Source: Macrostomum lignano (Eukaryota). From it: a DNA stretch of 64,000 bases. Positions 25,500 through 38,300 of the stretch are shown one piece after another. The notes below the pieces were generated by a model. It had not been told where the DNA came from. It ran no database searches and saw only the letters and a list, made by a program, of their open reading frames with translations. How positions within the stretch are numbered: position 1 is the first letter of the stretch; the number at the start of each line of letters is the position of its first letter. The position numbers were made by a program, and so were the translations under genes. The DNA is taken from contig NIVC01000181.1 in the NCBI GenBank assembly GCA_002269645.1, positions 337,693 through 401,692 on the forward strand, given 5' to 3'.

Positions 25500-27060
25500 C
25501 CCTACTGACTGTCTCCCCCGCTAATCTGTCTCACCCTCTACTCGGACTGTCTCACCCTCTACTCGGACTGTCCCACCCTCTACTAAACTGTCTTACACTC
25601 TACTATAACTGTCTCACACTCTACTATAACTGTCTCACCCTCTACTCGGACTGTCTCACTCTCTACTATAACTGTCCCACTCTCTACTCTAACTGTCTCA
25701 CACTCTACTCTAACTGTCTCACACTCTACTCTAACTGTCTCACACTCTACTGTCTCACACTCTACTCTAACTGTCTCACACTCTACTCTAACTGTCTCAC
25801 ACTCTACTCTAACTGTCTCACACTCTACTCTAACTGTCTCACACTCTACTCTAACTGTCTCACACTCTACTCTAACTGTCTCACACTCTACTCTAACTGT
25901 CTCACACTCTACTCTAACTGTCCCTCACACTCTACTCTGTCTCACACTCTACTCTAACTGTCTCACACTCTACTCTAACTGTCTCACACTCTACTCTAAC
26001 TGTCTCACACTCTACTCTAACTGTCTCACACTCTACTCTGTCTCACACTCTACTCTGTCTCACACTCTACTCTAACTGTCTCACACTCTACTCTAACTGT
26101 CTCACACTCTACTCTGTCTCACACTCTACTCTAACTGTCTCATACTCTACTCTAACTGTCTCACACTCTACTCTAACTGTCTCACACTCTACTCTGTCTC
26201 ACACTCTACTCTAACTGTCTCATACTCTACTCTAACTGTCTCACACTCTACTCTAACTGTCTCACACTCTACTCTGTCTCACACTCTACTCTAACTGTCT
26301 CACACTCTACTCTGTCTCACACTCTACTCTAACTGTCTCACACTCTACTCTAACTGTCTCACACTCTACTCTAACTGTCTCACACTCTACTCTAACTGTC
26401 CCTCACACTCTACTCTGTCTCACACTCTACTCTAACTGTCTCACACTCTACTCTAACTGTCTCACACTCTACTCTAACTGTCTCACACTCTACTCTGTCT
26501 CACACTCTACTCTGTCTCACACTCTACTCTAACTGTCTCACACTCTACTCTAACTGTCTCACACTCTACTCTGTCTCACACTCTACTCTAACTGTCTCAT
26601 ACTCTACTCTAACTGTCTCACACTCTACTCTAACTGTCTCACACTCTACTCTGTCTCACACTCTACTCTAACTGTCTCATACTCTACTCTAACTGTCTCA
26701 CACTCTACTCTAACTGTCTCACACTCTACTCTGTCTCACACTCTACTCTGTCTCACACTCTACTCTAACTGTCTCACACTCTACTCTGTCTCACACTCTA
26801 CTCTAACTGTCTTACACTCTACTCTAACTGTCTCACACTCTACTCTAACTGTCTTACACTCTACTCTAACTGTCTCACACTCTACTCTGTCTCACACTCT
26901 ACTCTGTCTCACACTCTACTCTGTCTCACACTCTACTAAAACTCTCACAATCTACTCTAACTGTCTCACACTCTACTCTGTCTCACACTCTACTAAAACT
27001 CTCACAATCTACTCTAACTGTCTCACACTCTACTATAACTGTCTCACCCTCTACTCAATG
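25500..27060. repeat. 21/16-bp minisatellite (CTGTCTCACACTCTACTCTAA)
   Basis: Tandem units between SSR2 and TLDc. Confidence 0.95.
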
Positions 27061-27795
27061 CGAAATAACTATGAGTATAACAAAGGAATGACAAGCAAAA
27101 AGGCCCACAAAGCTCCACAGACAGACAGGACCCGACGCAGGGCAACTTTAACCGGTCAACACTTCAGCAGACGCAACAGCCAACAAAAAGACTAACAGTT
27201 TCCCTCCGGCTAGCAAGGTTGCAGAAGCAAACAAGAGCAAATAACAAGAAACAAAAGACTATTAATGTGAAAAGGGCTCAGTGAACTTATCCCGAGCATG
27301 GCACAGACAGAGACAAAACGAGCACAATAATTATGATGAGAATAAACATAATTAAATATTGATTCAAACGCTCGATTGGTTTATTCAATGCAGAAATCAG
27401 TTTTGTTGCTATAGCTATTATAAAGTTCATAAATAGAAATTTAAAGATGTATATACTACTATTAATAGACAGGACGAAAACATCGAATGAATAGAATTTT
27501 AACAAAAAACACCAACTTTACTACTAAACTGTGACACGACCAGGCTTAGAGAAATTCTCTTGTGAAAAAAATAATGGCAAAAGAAGAAAAAAAGCAACAC
27601 AGGAAAAACACTGATGCAGAGAGAGAGAGAGAGAGCCGTTCGCAAAAACGGCTTAACATAACGATTATATTTCATACCTCTATTTCATTATGTATAACAA
27701 CTAATCAGTAAGTTCACGTCTCGGAATAGTAAGTAGGTACCTAAACCCGCTTATTACTAATCCTAATATTATAGCATTCGACTTAATCCATTTGT

Positions 27796-30034
27796 TTAAT
27801 TATTCTTCCTGCTACTGTGCGAGGCCAGGTTGGAGTACTTGCGCACGGAGGCGTACCAGAGCAGGAACGGAATGATAATTGACGGCGTAGTCATCATGCC
27901 GAAGGTCAGCCAGTCCATCTGCGAGTCGGGGTGGCAGGGTTAGCAACTCCTTTAGATGCCTTAGCGTGGACTGGGGACGAGTCTCAGGGTAGACTGAGGA
28001 CGATTCTCAGGGTGGATTGGGGACGATTCTCAGGGTGGATTGGGGACGAGTCTCAGGGTAGACTGAGGACGATTCTCAGGGTGGATTGGGGACGAGTGTC
28101 AGGGTAGACTGGGGACAACTCTCAGGGTAGACTGAGGGACGATTCTCAGGGTAGACTGGGGACAACTCTCAGGGTAGACTGAAGACAACTCTCAGGGTAG
28201 ACTGAGGGACGATTCTCAGGGTAGACTGGGAACGATTCTCAGGGTAGACTGTAGACTGGGGACAACTCTCAGGGTAGACTGGGGACAACTCTCAGGGTAG
28301 ACTGAGGACAACTCTCAGGGTAGACTGGGGACAACTCTCAGGGTAGACTGAGGGACGATTCTCAGGGTAGACTGGGGACAACTCTCAGGGTAGACTGAGG
28401 ACAACTCTCAGGGTAGACTGAGGGACGATTCTCAGGGTAGACTGGGGACAACTCTCAGTGTGGATTAGGGACGATTCTCAAAGTAGATTGGGGACGATTC
28501 TCAGGGTAGACTGGGGACGATTCTCATGGTGGATTGGGGACGAGTCTCAGGGTAGACTGGGGACGATTCTCATGGTGGATTGGGGACGACTCTCAGAGTA
28601 GACTGGGGACGATTCTCAGGGTAGACTGGGGACGATTCTCATCGTGGATTGGGGACGACTCTCAGGTTAGATTGAGGACGATTCTCAGGGTGGATTGGGG
28701 ACGACTCTCAGGGTGGATTGGGGACGACTCTCAGAGTAGACTGGGGACGATTCTCAGGGTAGACTGGGGACGATTCTCAGGGTGGATTTGGGACGGTTCT
28801 CAAGGTAGATTGGGGACGATTCTCAGAGCAGATTGAAGACGATTCTCAAAGTAGATTGGGGACGACACTAATAGCAAAAAGTGAGGTACTCTAAGGACAA
28901 GAATTGAATGGTTATAAGGGTATATATCGGTAATAATCTCAGCCGATACTCACAGCGTGGGCAGAGAACTGCCTATCATAATCAGCCGTTTCAATCACAG
29001 CAATCTCCCCAGGCGAGGTTGTATAGCCAACAGTAGATCCAGTAGCCTCGTCGCTAACTTTATAGCGCATCACGGCGTGGCTGGCATTAAATACGAAGGT
29101 CTGCAGCGGTGTCAGGATCAACGTGTGACTAACATTGGCCCCGGGTGGCAGCCTGGTCCACCTGACGTGCTGGAAGCCCGACCGGACCGCGAAGTAATCA
29201 ATTGGGAAGCCGTCCTCTTCCAGCTGGACGTTCATGGCCGCCCTAAGATGGTAATCAGGCATCGGTCGATGCTTTGGTATATATTATAGGGGAAATCCGC
29301 AGTGATTAATGCCCATTCTATTCGACCCAAAACCACCGATACCTCCGGCATTTTCAGGCCTGAGAATCTCTGATATGTTGGACCCAGGGTGACCCGCTGT
29401 AAGTTGTACATCACATGTGTACCCAATCACAGCAGGATGAACTGCAGCTCATCTAAATTAATCACTCGCGATGAAAACGGTACCCAGGCCAAGAAGCGTC
29501 CCGCAGTGACTTGCGTCGCCCCCCGAGTCGTTTACAGATAAAACAGGTAAAAAAGGAAAGAAGTGACTCCAGACGACTCTAAAATGACGAGTTGTCACGG
29601 TGATAGAGTCACGGTGCTCTGGTGCTAGTCGCTATCTGCGTCACTATGAATTAGAATCGCATTTCGCATTTATAACAACTCTATTTAGTCTAATTGAGTT
29701 AGTAGACAATTAAGCGCTAAAACAACGTCTTTTGGAGGACTTTTTGCAAATGTTTTATGATTCTGCAATTCTACAACTAACTAACCGCGGCCAACTCTGC
29801 TTAACTTTCAGACGCTTGATAAATATCACAATCGATTTAATATAAAAATATTACTCACTTATCGCCAACATTATAGATGTCATACTGCACAGTGACATCC
29901 ATGCCCTTGACAATCAGATTGTTAGCGATGCTCTTGACGCCAATGAGTTGGGCTCCGCCATCGGAATCTGCAGCAGCGCCGCAGGTGAAAATGACTAGGC
30001 CAATTAGAAAGGCGCAAGCGGTCAGCTGGGACAT
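27796..30034 (-). CDS. SSR2: Translocon-associated protein subunit beta (TRAP-beta), 195 aa
   Basis: Exons 30034-29859, 29242-28954, 27918-27796 with consistent phases. Signal peptide, then [78 protein letters not shown]. Confidence 0.95.
27975..28865. repeat. 23-bp minisatellite (CTCAGGGTAGACTGGGGACGATT)
   Basis: Fills SSR2 intron 2. Confidence 0.95.
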
Positions 30035-30385
30035 GGCTGATGCAGTGTCAGTGGCTGGAATTGGTTTTTAACTTGAAATATCTACAAAAAAATATGTTGA
30101 TATGCCAATACACTATTTTAGTTGTATTGCAATGCTTATCAGATAATAATTCAAGTCTTGTAGACTAAAATAATTTAGGGTTATTGTCTTAACAATAAAA
30201 ATACAAAAAACAATGCTGTATATCTTATAAATTATAATGTTTTATAAAACTTTAATATATTACATATACAACTTTACAACTTTTGATAGTGCCAGTTAAA
30301 CTAAAAAGCTAAGCTGCAGTGTGCATTACACTTGTAGTTTGTATCAGCTATTCAATTCCTACAGCATTAATACATACATTGAGTG

Positions 30386-30790
30386 CAGGCGTTGGCAACC
30401 TTTTCAGAGCAAGGGCCAAATAGCCAGATTTTTCGAGGGCTTGGGGCCAATAACATAAAGTGAAAACCATAGTTGTTTCATGTTAGTCTAAACAAACATT
30501 TTTTTCAAATGATGATAATCAAAACGACAATCTCACCCCAACCCTTGAGATTTCCCCACCCAAAATATGCCCTATTCTTTCTATTTTTAATCTAACCCCA
30601 ATAACCATCCCTTCTAGAAACATTCAAACCTGCAACCCATCTTTCTCCCATAGGAGGACAACACAGAATAGAGATAAGAAAGGTAAAAGCAAGAGGGAAA
30701 GAGAGAGAGAGAGGTGGAATAAAAGTATATAAGGCTTGATGCAATGCTAGATCATTGAGGGCCTTGGGGGCCAGAGGTTGCCAACCGCTG
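30386..30790. mobile_element. Non-autonomous hAT (Charlie-like) MITE
   Basis: TIRs CAGGCGTTGGCAACCT / AGGTTGCCAACCGCTG; degenerate 8-bp flanks ATTGAGTG / ATCTAGTG (6/8), the latter resembling the Charlie NTCTAGAN target. Confidence 0.7.
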
Positions 30791-31732
30791 ATCTAGTGTA
30801 TATAAATAAATAAACACACATTGAACATTATTTTGCAATTGCCATTTTTGCCTATAGCTTTTACTCAATAGTTTTAACATAATTGATAAATGAGAATAAT
30901 TACAATATTCAATTAGAAATGGGATAAATATTTAGAATAGTTGGAATTGAATCTACTCAACTAAATATTCAATAGTTGCTTTGATATGGGGCAAAGATTT
31001 GTAACAAGTCAAGAGTTGAGTGTTAGTGCTATGGCTCAAATTAAAGGAAAGAATTAAGGATAATTGTGCTCTAATAAAAGTCAGAAAGATTAGGCATAAC
31101 AATTAAGCCCATTATGTTAAGATTTAAAAAGGAATAAATGGCTAGGAAGTTTTAGTCTAAAAAGTCAAGAGTGTTAAGGGTTGTAGGCATTAAGAATCAA
31201 GTTTATAGAACATGAATTTGGGGGCACTGATTCTTACAAACTTAGAGTAAGGTTGGCATTTGGTCTAGGCATACTTCATTAGACAAAAAATAACAAAAAT
31301 GCTTGTAATATATAAGAAACTATAAAATATTTAATTATTAAAATTAAAATAAGAGTATAATAATAACTTTAAAATTTAGAATTAGGGTTTAAAGTTATAT
31401 ATAATGTCTATGCAAAAAGGTTGTTTATTATATTGCAAACTTATAAGATAAGTTAATTAAAATAAACAATAAATTCAAGGTAGGATTTCAATTTAGCTAA
31501 TTATTAACTAATCATAAAGTTTGCTATTTATTATAATTTTATTACTATTTGACCCATTAAATATTATTTTAATTTTTCAATATATTTTTATTATTAACTA
31601 TGATTAACTATTTTTATTATTAACTATAGCTTAGTAACTGTAATTTATTTTTTAAGTGTCTTATTACAAGTGATTTTTATATAATTTGTAACAATTTATA
31701 AAAATTGCTTAGTATAGACTTAGTAAGGCCTA

Positions 31733-33007
31733 CTCCATAGTCTAGATCATGTTAGACCCTATAGGAAAAAGTTGTAAAACCACGGACGGTGTCCGGCGCA
31801 CTTTTGAAATTTTTCTAAAGTGCAGCGCGCGCACAGGCGCATCGCCTGCGCGCGCGCGCGCTGCCCTTTCTTACTGGCTGCTGTTCTAGCAAATACATAT
31901 ACATGGAAATGGGTATAATACCTCTGTTGAAGGGGCTTATACACTCGTAATTTATTTAGCTTAGAGATGTTCCAAAAATTCAATTTCAATTTTCCAAATT
32001 TTTTAGAGCAAATTTCAATTTCGAAAAAAATTTAGAAGTGAAAATTTTGGTAGTGTCTAAAAAGTTGCTAAAAATAAACTAATTTCTACTACATATACAT
32101 GTATTACTTTTTAGCTAAGCAGTAAATTGAAAGTAAAAAAGTAAGTGTTGGTCATACTAAACTTTGTTTTTTCTGAATTATGATTTCGGGAAATTTCAAT
32201 TTTGATTTTGGAAAGTTAGCGAATTTTGATTTCGACGAAACTGCAGATCTTTCGGAACATCTCTAATAATCCTAAAGCGCGGTAAAATAGTTTGACTCTT
32301 TTCTAAAGCGCGCGTCCGCGGGTTTTTAACATTTATTCCAATAGGGATGTTAGATGCATGCCCAAACAAAAATTGAACAATTACAAATGCATGTTGATGC
32401 ATGCCAAAAAAAGTTTTGAGTGCATGCCAGCCAAAAAATGAAATATATATTTTGCAAAATATATTCTAATTCAAATTGAAAATAAAATTCACAAAAACCA
32501 AATATATTTTAAAGTTAATTTAAAAAATTACACAATTTTATTGCCTATAATTTATTTTCTTTGGCTATAACAATTATGGCAAAAAATCAATAGGCTTTAA
32601 GATTTGTTAAGATGTATCATTATGAGTTTAAAAACTAAAAACTTGAATACTTGTATAACTTTTGCTGACACAGTTTTAGACATATCTTCCAACACTTTTG
32701 ACATTTAAAATGTCACAAAGTGTTAGAAGATATGTCTGAAAATGGGTTGGTGAAAGTTAATTGTTATGACATTTTTGCCAATACTTTTTGCAACATTTGT
32801 GTTTGAAAATGTGTTGGCAAAAGTTATTGGCATCTTGAATTTATGCTTAAAAGTGAACTTATTAATTTTTTTCACTTAATACAAATTCTACTATATGATT
32901 GTATAAAGTGCATACCAGGTATGTATGCCAAACTTTTGGCATACAAAGCCAATGCATGCCCAAATTTTTAGGCATATACTAGGCCCTATATGATCTAGAA
33001 TGTGGAG
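31733..33007. mobile_element. Putative non-autonomous DNA element with imperfect TIRs and internal hairpins
   Basis: CTCCATAGTCTAGATCAT... versus ...ATGATCTAGAATGTGGAG; CCTA on both flanks; imperfect palindrome 32674-32742 centred on TTTAAA. Superfamily not assignable. Confidence 0.45.
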
Positions 33008-33659
33008 CCTATTATTATGTTCTACAAAGATAAAGTATTTATTATAGCAATAAATATAGCAATGAATAAAAAGATAAGCCTAGTATTACCTTATATATTT
33101 ATATGTTGTTTATATAAATTGATCTACTACCAGTAGTTATAATAGAGTATAACAATTTTTTATAAAATAGGGATAGTTAAGACAATAATATAAATCTTTA
33201 CTTTATAGCTATAAAAGCAAATATCCAATTTAACTCCTTTTTAGATGTCTTCAAAAATTCATTTTTAATTAGGCCTAGCAACTCCTAACCTAAGCCTATT
33301 GTACTCTGATATAAAAACTACTTTATGATATAGAGATTTTATTAAGATTTTGAAAGTTATTTTATTAATAACTTTTTATTTCATTTGATAAATCTTACAA
33401 AGAGCTTGCGTGCATAGTAGTTGTTTACCCAGTGTTTAAATTATGTGTATAGCAGCCACATCTTAGGCCCTAACATAAATTACAGTATGTTATATACTGC
33501 TTAAATTATTGGAAATTAATATTCAAATTAACAAAAAATAGCTATGAATTAAGATTACATTGTACATGGGATAAAACAAATAATAAATTGTTTAATAAGC
33601 TCAGTGAGTAGCAATGTGCAGATTTGAGAAAAAGGGTCCAATTTGGAATTTGCTATATT

Positions 33660-34060
33660 GCCCATCTGCTGGCTGCTATGCATGTAATTAAAATTAGGTA
33701 GATGGCTGCTATGCATATAATTAAAATTAGGTAGATGGGTGCTATGCATGTAATTAAAATTAGGTAGATGGCTACTATGCATGTAATTAAAATTAGGTAG
33801 ATGGCTGCTATGCATGTAATTAAAATTAGGTAGATGGCTGCTATGCATGTAATTAAAATTAGGTAGATGGCTACTATGCATGTAATTAAAATTAGGTAGA
33901 TGGCTGCTATGCATGTAATTAAAATTAGGTAGATGGCTGCTATGCATGTAATTAAAATTAGGTAGATGGCTGCTATGCATGTAATTAAAATTAGGTAGAC
34001 GGCTACAATGCATGCAATTAAATACTAAATGGATAGCTGCTGTGCACACAATTAAAATAC
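33660..34060. repeat. 33-bp minisatellite (GGTAGATGGCTGCTATGCATGTAATTAAAATTA)
   Basis: Tandem units; resembles a subterminal motif of the MITE at 34994-35386. Confidence 0.9.
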
Positions 34061-34993
34061 TAGATGAATGGCTCAATTGAAGGCAGTTGTTATTGTTACA
34101 ATGACCATATAAATAACAAAATAGGGCATTCTTCTCAAATTGTTTATTAAACTATTTTTTGCATTTTCTCTACTTTAGAAGCTGATTTTAGCATGTTTAG
34201 ACATTCTTCAAGCTATTGAAATAGTAAAAGTGACAACTTTGTTTTTAAGGACTCTTTTCTGTTTTATTTTTAGCAATTCCTAACAATTCAAGGGTGGCCT
34301 CCTGGTATGGTGATGATAGACTGAATGGTTAGTTAATAGTCTTAGCAAGAACTAATTAGCAATAAGAACATAAGTCTCAGTGCTTAGACTTCCTCTCCCT
34401 CTAACCAACTTGTCCCTTTGGGCTATAGACACTTCCAACAAGCATCAGTGCCATATTAGACAACATGTGTTAGATTTTCATCTTTCAAAAATTTGTATTT
34501 TCTATTTTGCAACTTAGCCTTGTACTTTTCAGTTAGCCGACTCCCTTTGTCTATCATGCTTTTTCCCATAGACAATCTTAGCCATTAATTTATCATAGAT
34601 AGGCTTATTTCAGCTAACCTGTTTGCTATGTTAGTAAATACTTAAAGTTTAATTTGCAACCTAGGCCCTTCACTTATTTTTAGCCTCATTCTAGAGATGG
34701 AAAAAGTCCTTAATAAATAGTTGTTAATTTTATTATTTTAATAGCTTGGTAGGATGTCTAAACATGCTAAAATCAGCTTTTAAAATGAAAAAAATGCAAA
34801 AAAACATTGAAAAAATAGTTTAATAAACAATTTGAGAAAAATGCCCAAAATTGTTATATTAATTTATATTTAGTTAAGGGCCTAACATATAAGACACTAT
34901 CTAGGCCTAGGGTTTTTACTTAATGGAACCATATAAATAGCAATTGTTATTTTTATGGTCACTATAGATAGGATGCAAAATGGTTATTTTTAT

Positions 34994-35386
34994 CGAAGAG
35001 CTTGCGTGCACGGCAGCCGTTCACGTAAGCTCAGAATTGCGTGCATGGCGGCTATCTACCTAGTGCTTTATTTGCATGTATGCAGCCGTACACCTAGTGT
35101 TGTAATTGCGTGCACGGCAGCCGGCAATTGGCCGGGACTGGGGCCCTTAAATCCACGCATTGGCATTGGCAAACCTAATTAAAAATATTTTTACTATATT
35201 GTTTTATAATGTTTTATCCCCCGTACACCATGGACTGCAAATGTAATCTTAATTAATTGTTTTTTTGTTAACTTGAATATTAATTCGAATAGTATATGAC
35301 TTACTGCATAAGCCTATAAGATATAGCTCTGCCGTGCATGCAATTCTGAGCTTACGTGAACAGCGGCCATGCACGCAAGCTCTTCG
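34994..35386. mobile_element. Mutator-like MITE with perfect 9-bp TSD
   Basis: About 55-bp TIRs starting CGAAGAGCTTGCGTGCA and ending TGCACGCAAGCTCTTCG; TATTTTTAT at 34985-34993 and 35387-35395. Confidence 0.75.
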
Positions 35387-38300
35387 TATTTTTATAGTCA
35401 TGTGCAAAAAATTTCAATTAAGTTACAAGTTAACAACTACCTAAAGTAAGCTAGGTACTGTGACAAGGTCAAAGGCCACTAGAAGCTACCATTGTATCAA
35501 TGACAATGTATTTATTCATAACATGTTTCTTTATTTTTTAATTTAACCACATTAGGCCTAGTATTTGCACTGCAAGTTCATTACTTCATTTAGATAGTAT
35601 TTGTTTTAAGTGTTAATTGTAAAAATAACTGTCTTGCTAGGCCTATTTATACAGTCACAGTAACAATAACAACTGCCTCAATTTGAACACTAGGCCTATG
35701 TGGACAGCTGTTGTGGATGCAATTTAAACACTGGGTGGATGGCTGCATGCACACAATGCAAGCTCTCTATAGGCTAATCTTAGGCTAACTGCTAACATTT
35801 AATAGAAAGACAATTTTTTATCCCTTATCTATTGATAAGAATAAATTTAATATAACTACTAGAATAGGCTTAGCCAAAACCATTGTAAAAATACCTAGGC
35901 CTACACCGCCTACTAAGTCAGCCTTAGGCCTTCAGTACATAATAGGAGATTAGAAATAGATGAGGAAATACACCCAAAATGGCTATAAACTACCTTAGTA
36001 GCCCTTTACATTAGCAATTCATGTACAACCAACTAACTAACCAACCAACCAACAAAAAGCTCTGCGTGAGCCTATCTAATTCTAAGCACTGTATTGTTTC
36101 ACAAGAATTAGAGCCGAGAAGAAAGATTTAAGAGGGCACAATCTTTTTTTAATTAAGATTTGTGTTGGACTAAAATGTATATAATTTTTAAGAGCATATG
36201 AAGCCGAAATAGAGTCGAAATAGACTTTTAATGCTAAAAGTCTTGAAATAGTCTTGAAAGATTTGAAATAGACTAATAAATAGCACAATAAATATCAAAA
36301 CCACTAAATTTTGAATATGTCTGTTGACAATTTCACTTAGTAAATAGGATATAACAAAAACTATTTTTAAACTATCATTTTTTTAAATTGAACAATAAAT
36401 AAAAATAAAGAAACTAGTTATGCAATGCAAGACTAGGATTTGATTATCTTACTTTTCATAAACGCCGGCGTGACCTGCATGAAATCAGTAGTTTTTTTTT
36501 CGTGTACATTGGCCCTAGCTAAGGTGGAATTTTCCGAATTTTTCTTTCATTTGAGTATCGACGTGTCGTAATCGATCAAATTTTGTGTAGAATTTCAAAT
36601 GCTTTAAATTTGGCAAAATGTTAATTGATTTTTTCGCAGTTAAAGAACCGTTTAAACATTGTACACGTGAAGAACTGAAGACATGTAGTTACGCTTACAA
36701 AATTCAAATAAAGATTAGCTAGAGGCCGCAGTAGTAAGAACCGTATATTTTTCAGCTTATATCTGCATGTAGTGCATCTAGTAGTATGTTCTCGAAATAT
36801 TTTTGAACAAGAGATTTTTTCTTTGCGGAATTTGTCATAGACATACACAGCTGTAAATACATGTATGAAGATAACGATATACATTTAATTAACCATATGT
36901 GACTAAGGACCACTGTAGGATAAAATGTAGTATTCAATACTGTAGTGGTCGTTGCATATAACATGACCTATGATGGAGATTACCATATGGCGAAACCCCA
37001 TTTAGCACTATGCTCTAGAGCATGCTAAATACACACAAGCATCAATTCGACAAATTATACGTTCGATCGATACCTTCACGGCCTAAGATCATTTCTAAGA
37101 AAATCGAGTGAAACGCGTCCTTCCACTTTAGTTTTTAATGGTCCTTTGCCTAGATTCTCGTCAGGAAAGTTAAAACGGTTGACATTGACATAAAAATGCA
37201 ACTATAGATAAGTTTGTATGTACATATTCAGAACTGCATCGTGAGCAGCTATAATTCCCGATCTATTGTACAGTAAGTTCTACTCTAGCTCTTTTTACAT
37301 GTAGCGTTCAGTACTTGATTTAAGTTCTTACATGGTCTTACTGTAATTAATATCTTAATATGGTATCAACATAGCTCACACTGCATATATCGTGGCAATA
37401 CGAGTACAAAGAATAGTAAACGTACCCAACTGGCCAAAGAGCTTATCCTTTTAATTAAGAAACGTTTCTCACACATACATGTAGGTACAAAAGAAAGCCA
37501 CAATGGCTTCCGCACAATATAGGAGAAATACAACCAGTAAGTAGGAGCTATAAGCTACCTAGCCTAGTAGAATCCTTAAGTCCCAGGTAGCTTCCCACAG
37601 CATCTTTCTATATAGCCTGGCCTTGTTCTTCAGCCTTTCTTATTGCACCGCTTAGAGTACCGGGCACGCAAGGACGCTGCCATTCTTTCCCTCACTGAGA
37701 ATGCGAGGCTACAAACCTCCCTGTCTCTCTCTATCTCTCCAATTCCTCAATCGGAGCAGAGACTCAAAATGTATGCGACGCGGTTTCATCGTCGGCCCCA
37801 TGCAAAAACGCTGTTTTATGCACAGCATTTCATCGAAAATCTACTTGCAGCTTGTGAAACTACCCTCCCCCTTATAGCTTCCATACAGACTCAAACGCTT
37901 GACAGAGCACCAGCCAACCAACCGTAGCCGGTCGGGAGTCGGGGGCGGAGATGGGAGCTGTGCAGGCATCTCAGCTGCTTGCAGTGAGTGTGCAATGTTC
38001 AGCAGCTATCATGTCATTGTTGCTGTTGGTATGGACAACACTGGCTTCTTATTGGCTGTCCCGGGGAGGGGGCTGCTCTGGATGGGCGAATCCCGCCATG
38101 GCTGCTCACCCGCCTCCGGTCCTCTTATCTACCCGGCTCCCTCTACCGCACACCTTGCCGCGGATGCCACGCCTTCCTAAACTGGGAACCGTGTATCACA
38201 ATCGTGGGGGGATATCGCAAGCCCACCTCTGGTTGGCTGTCTCTGTCCTTCTTTCTCTCGTTTTACTCTAGACAAAAACTCCCTCCCCAAAAATCTCTCT

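Larger units (their letters stand above)
33398..35770. mobile_element. Nest of diverged inverted repeats related to the Mutator-like MITE (foldback-like)
   Basis: Outer arms about 33398-33460 / 35692-35768; inner arms about 34111-34260 / 34700-34858; 34070-34115 inverted at 35645-35690; 33400-33570 also matches the reverse complement of 35225-35390. Confidence 0.5.
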
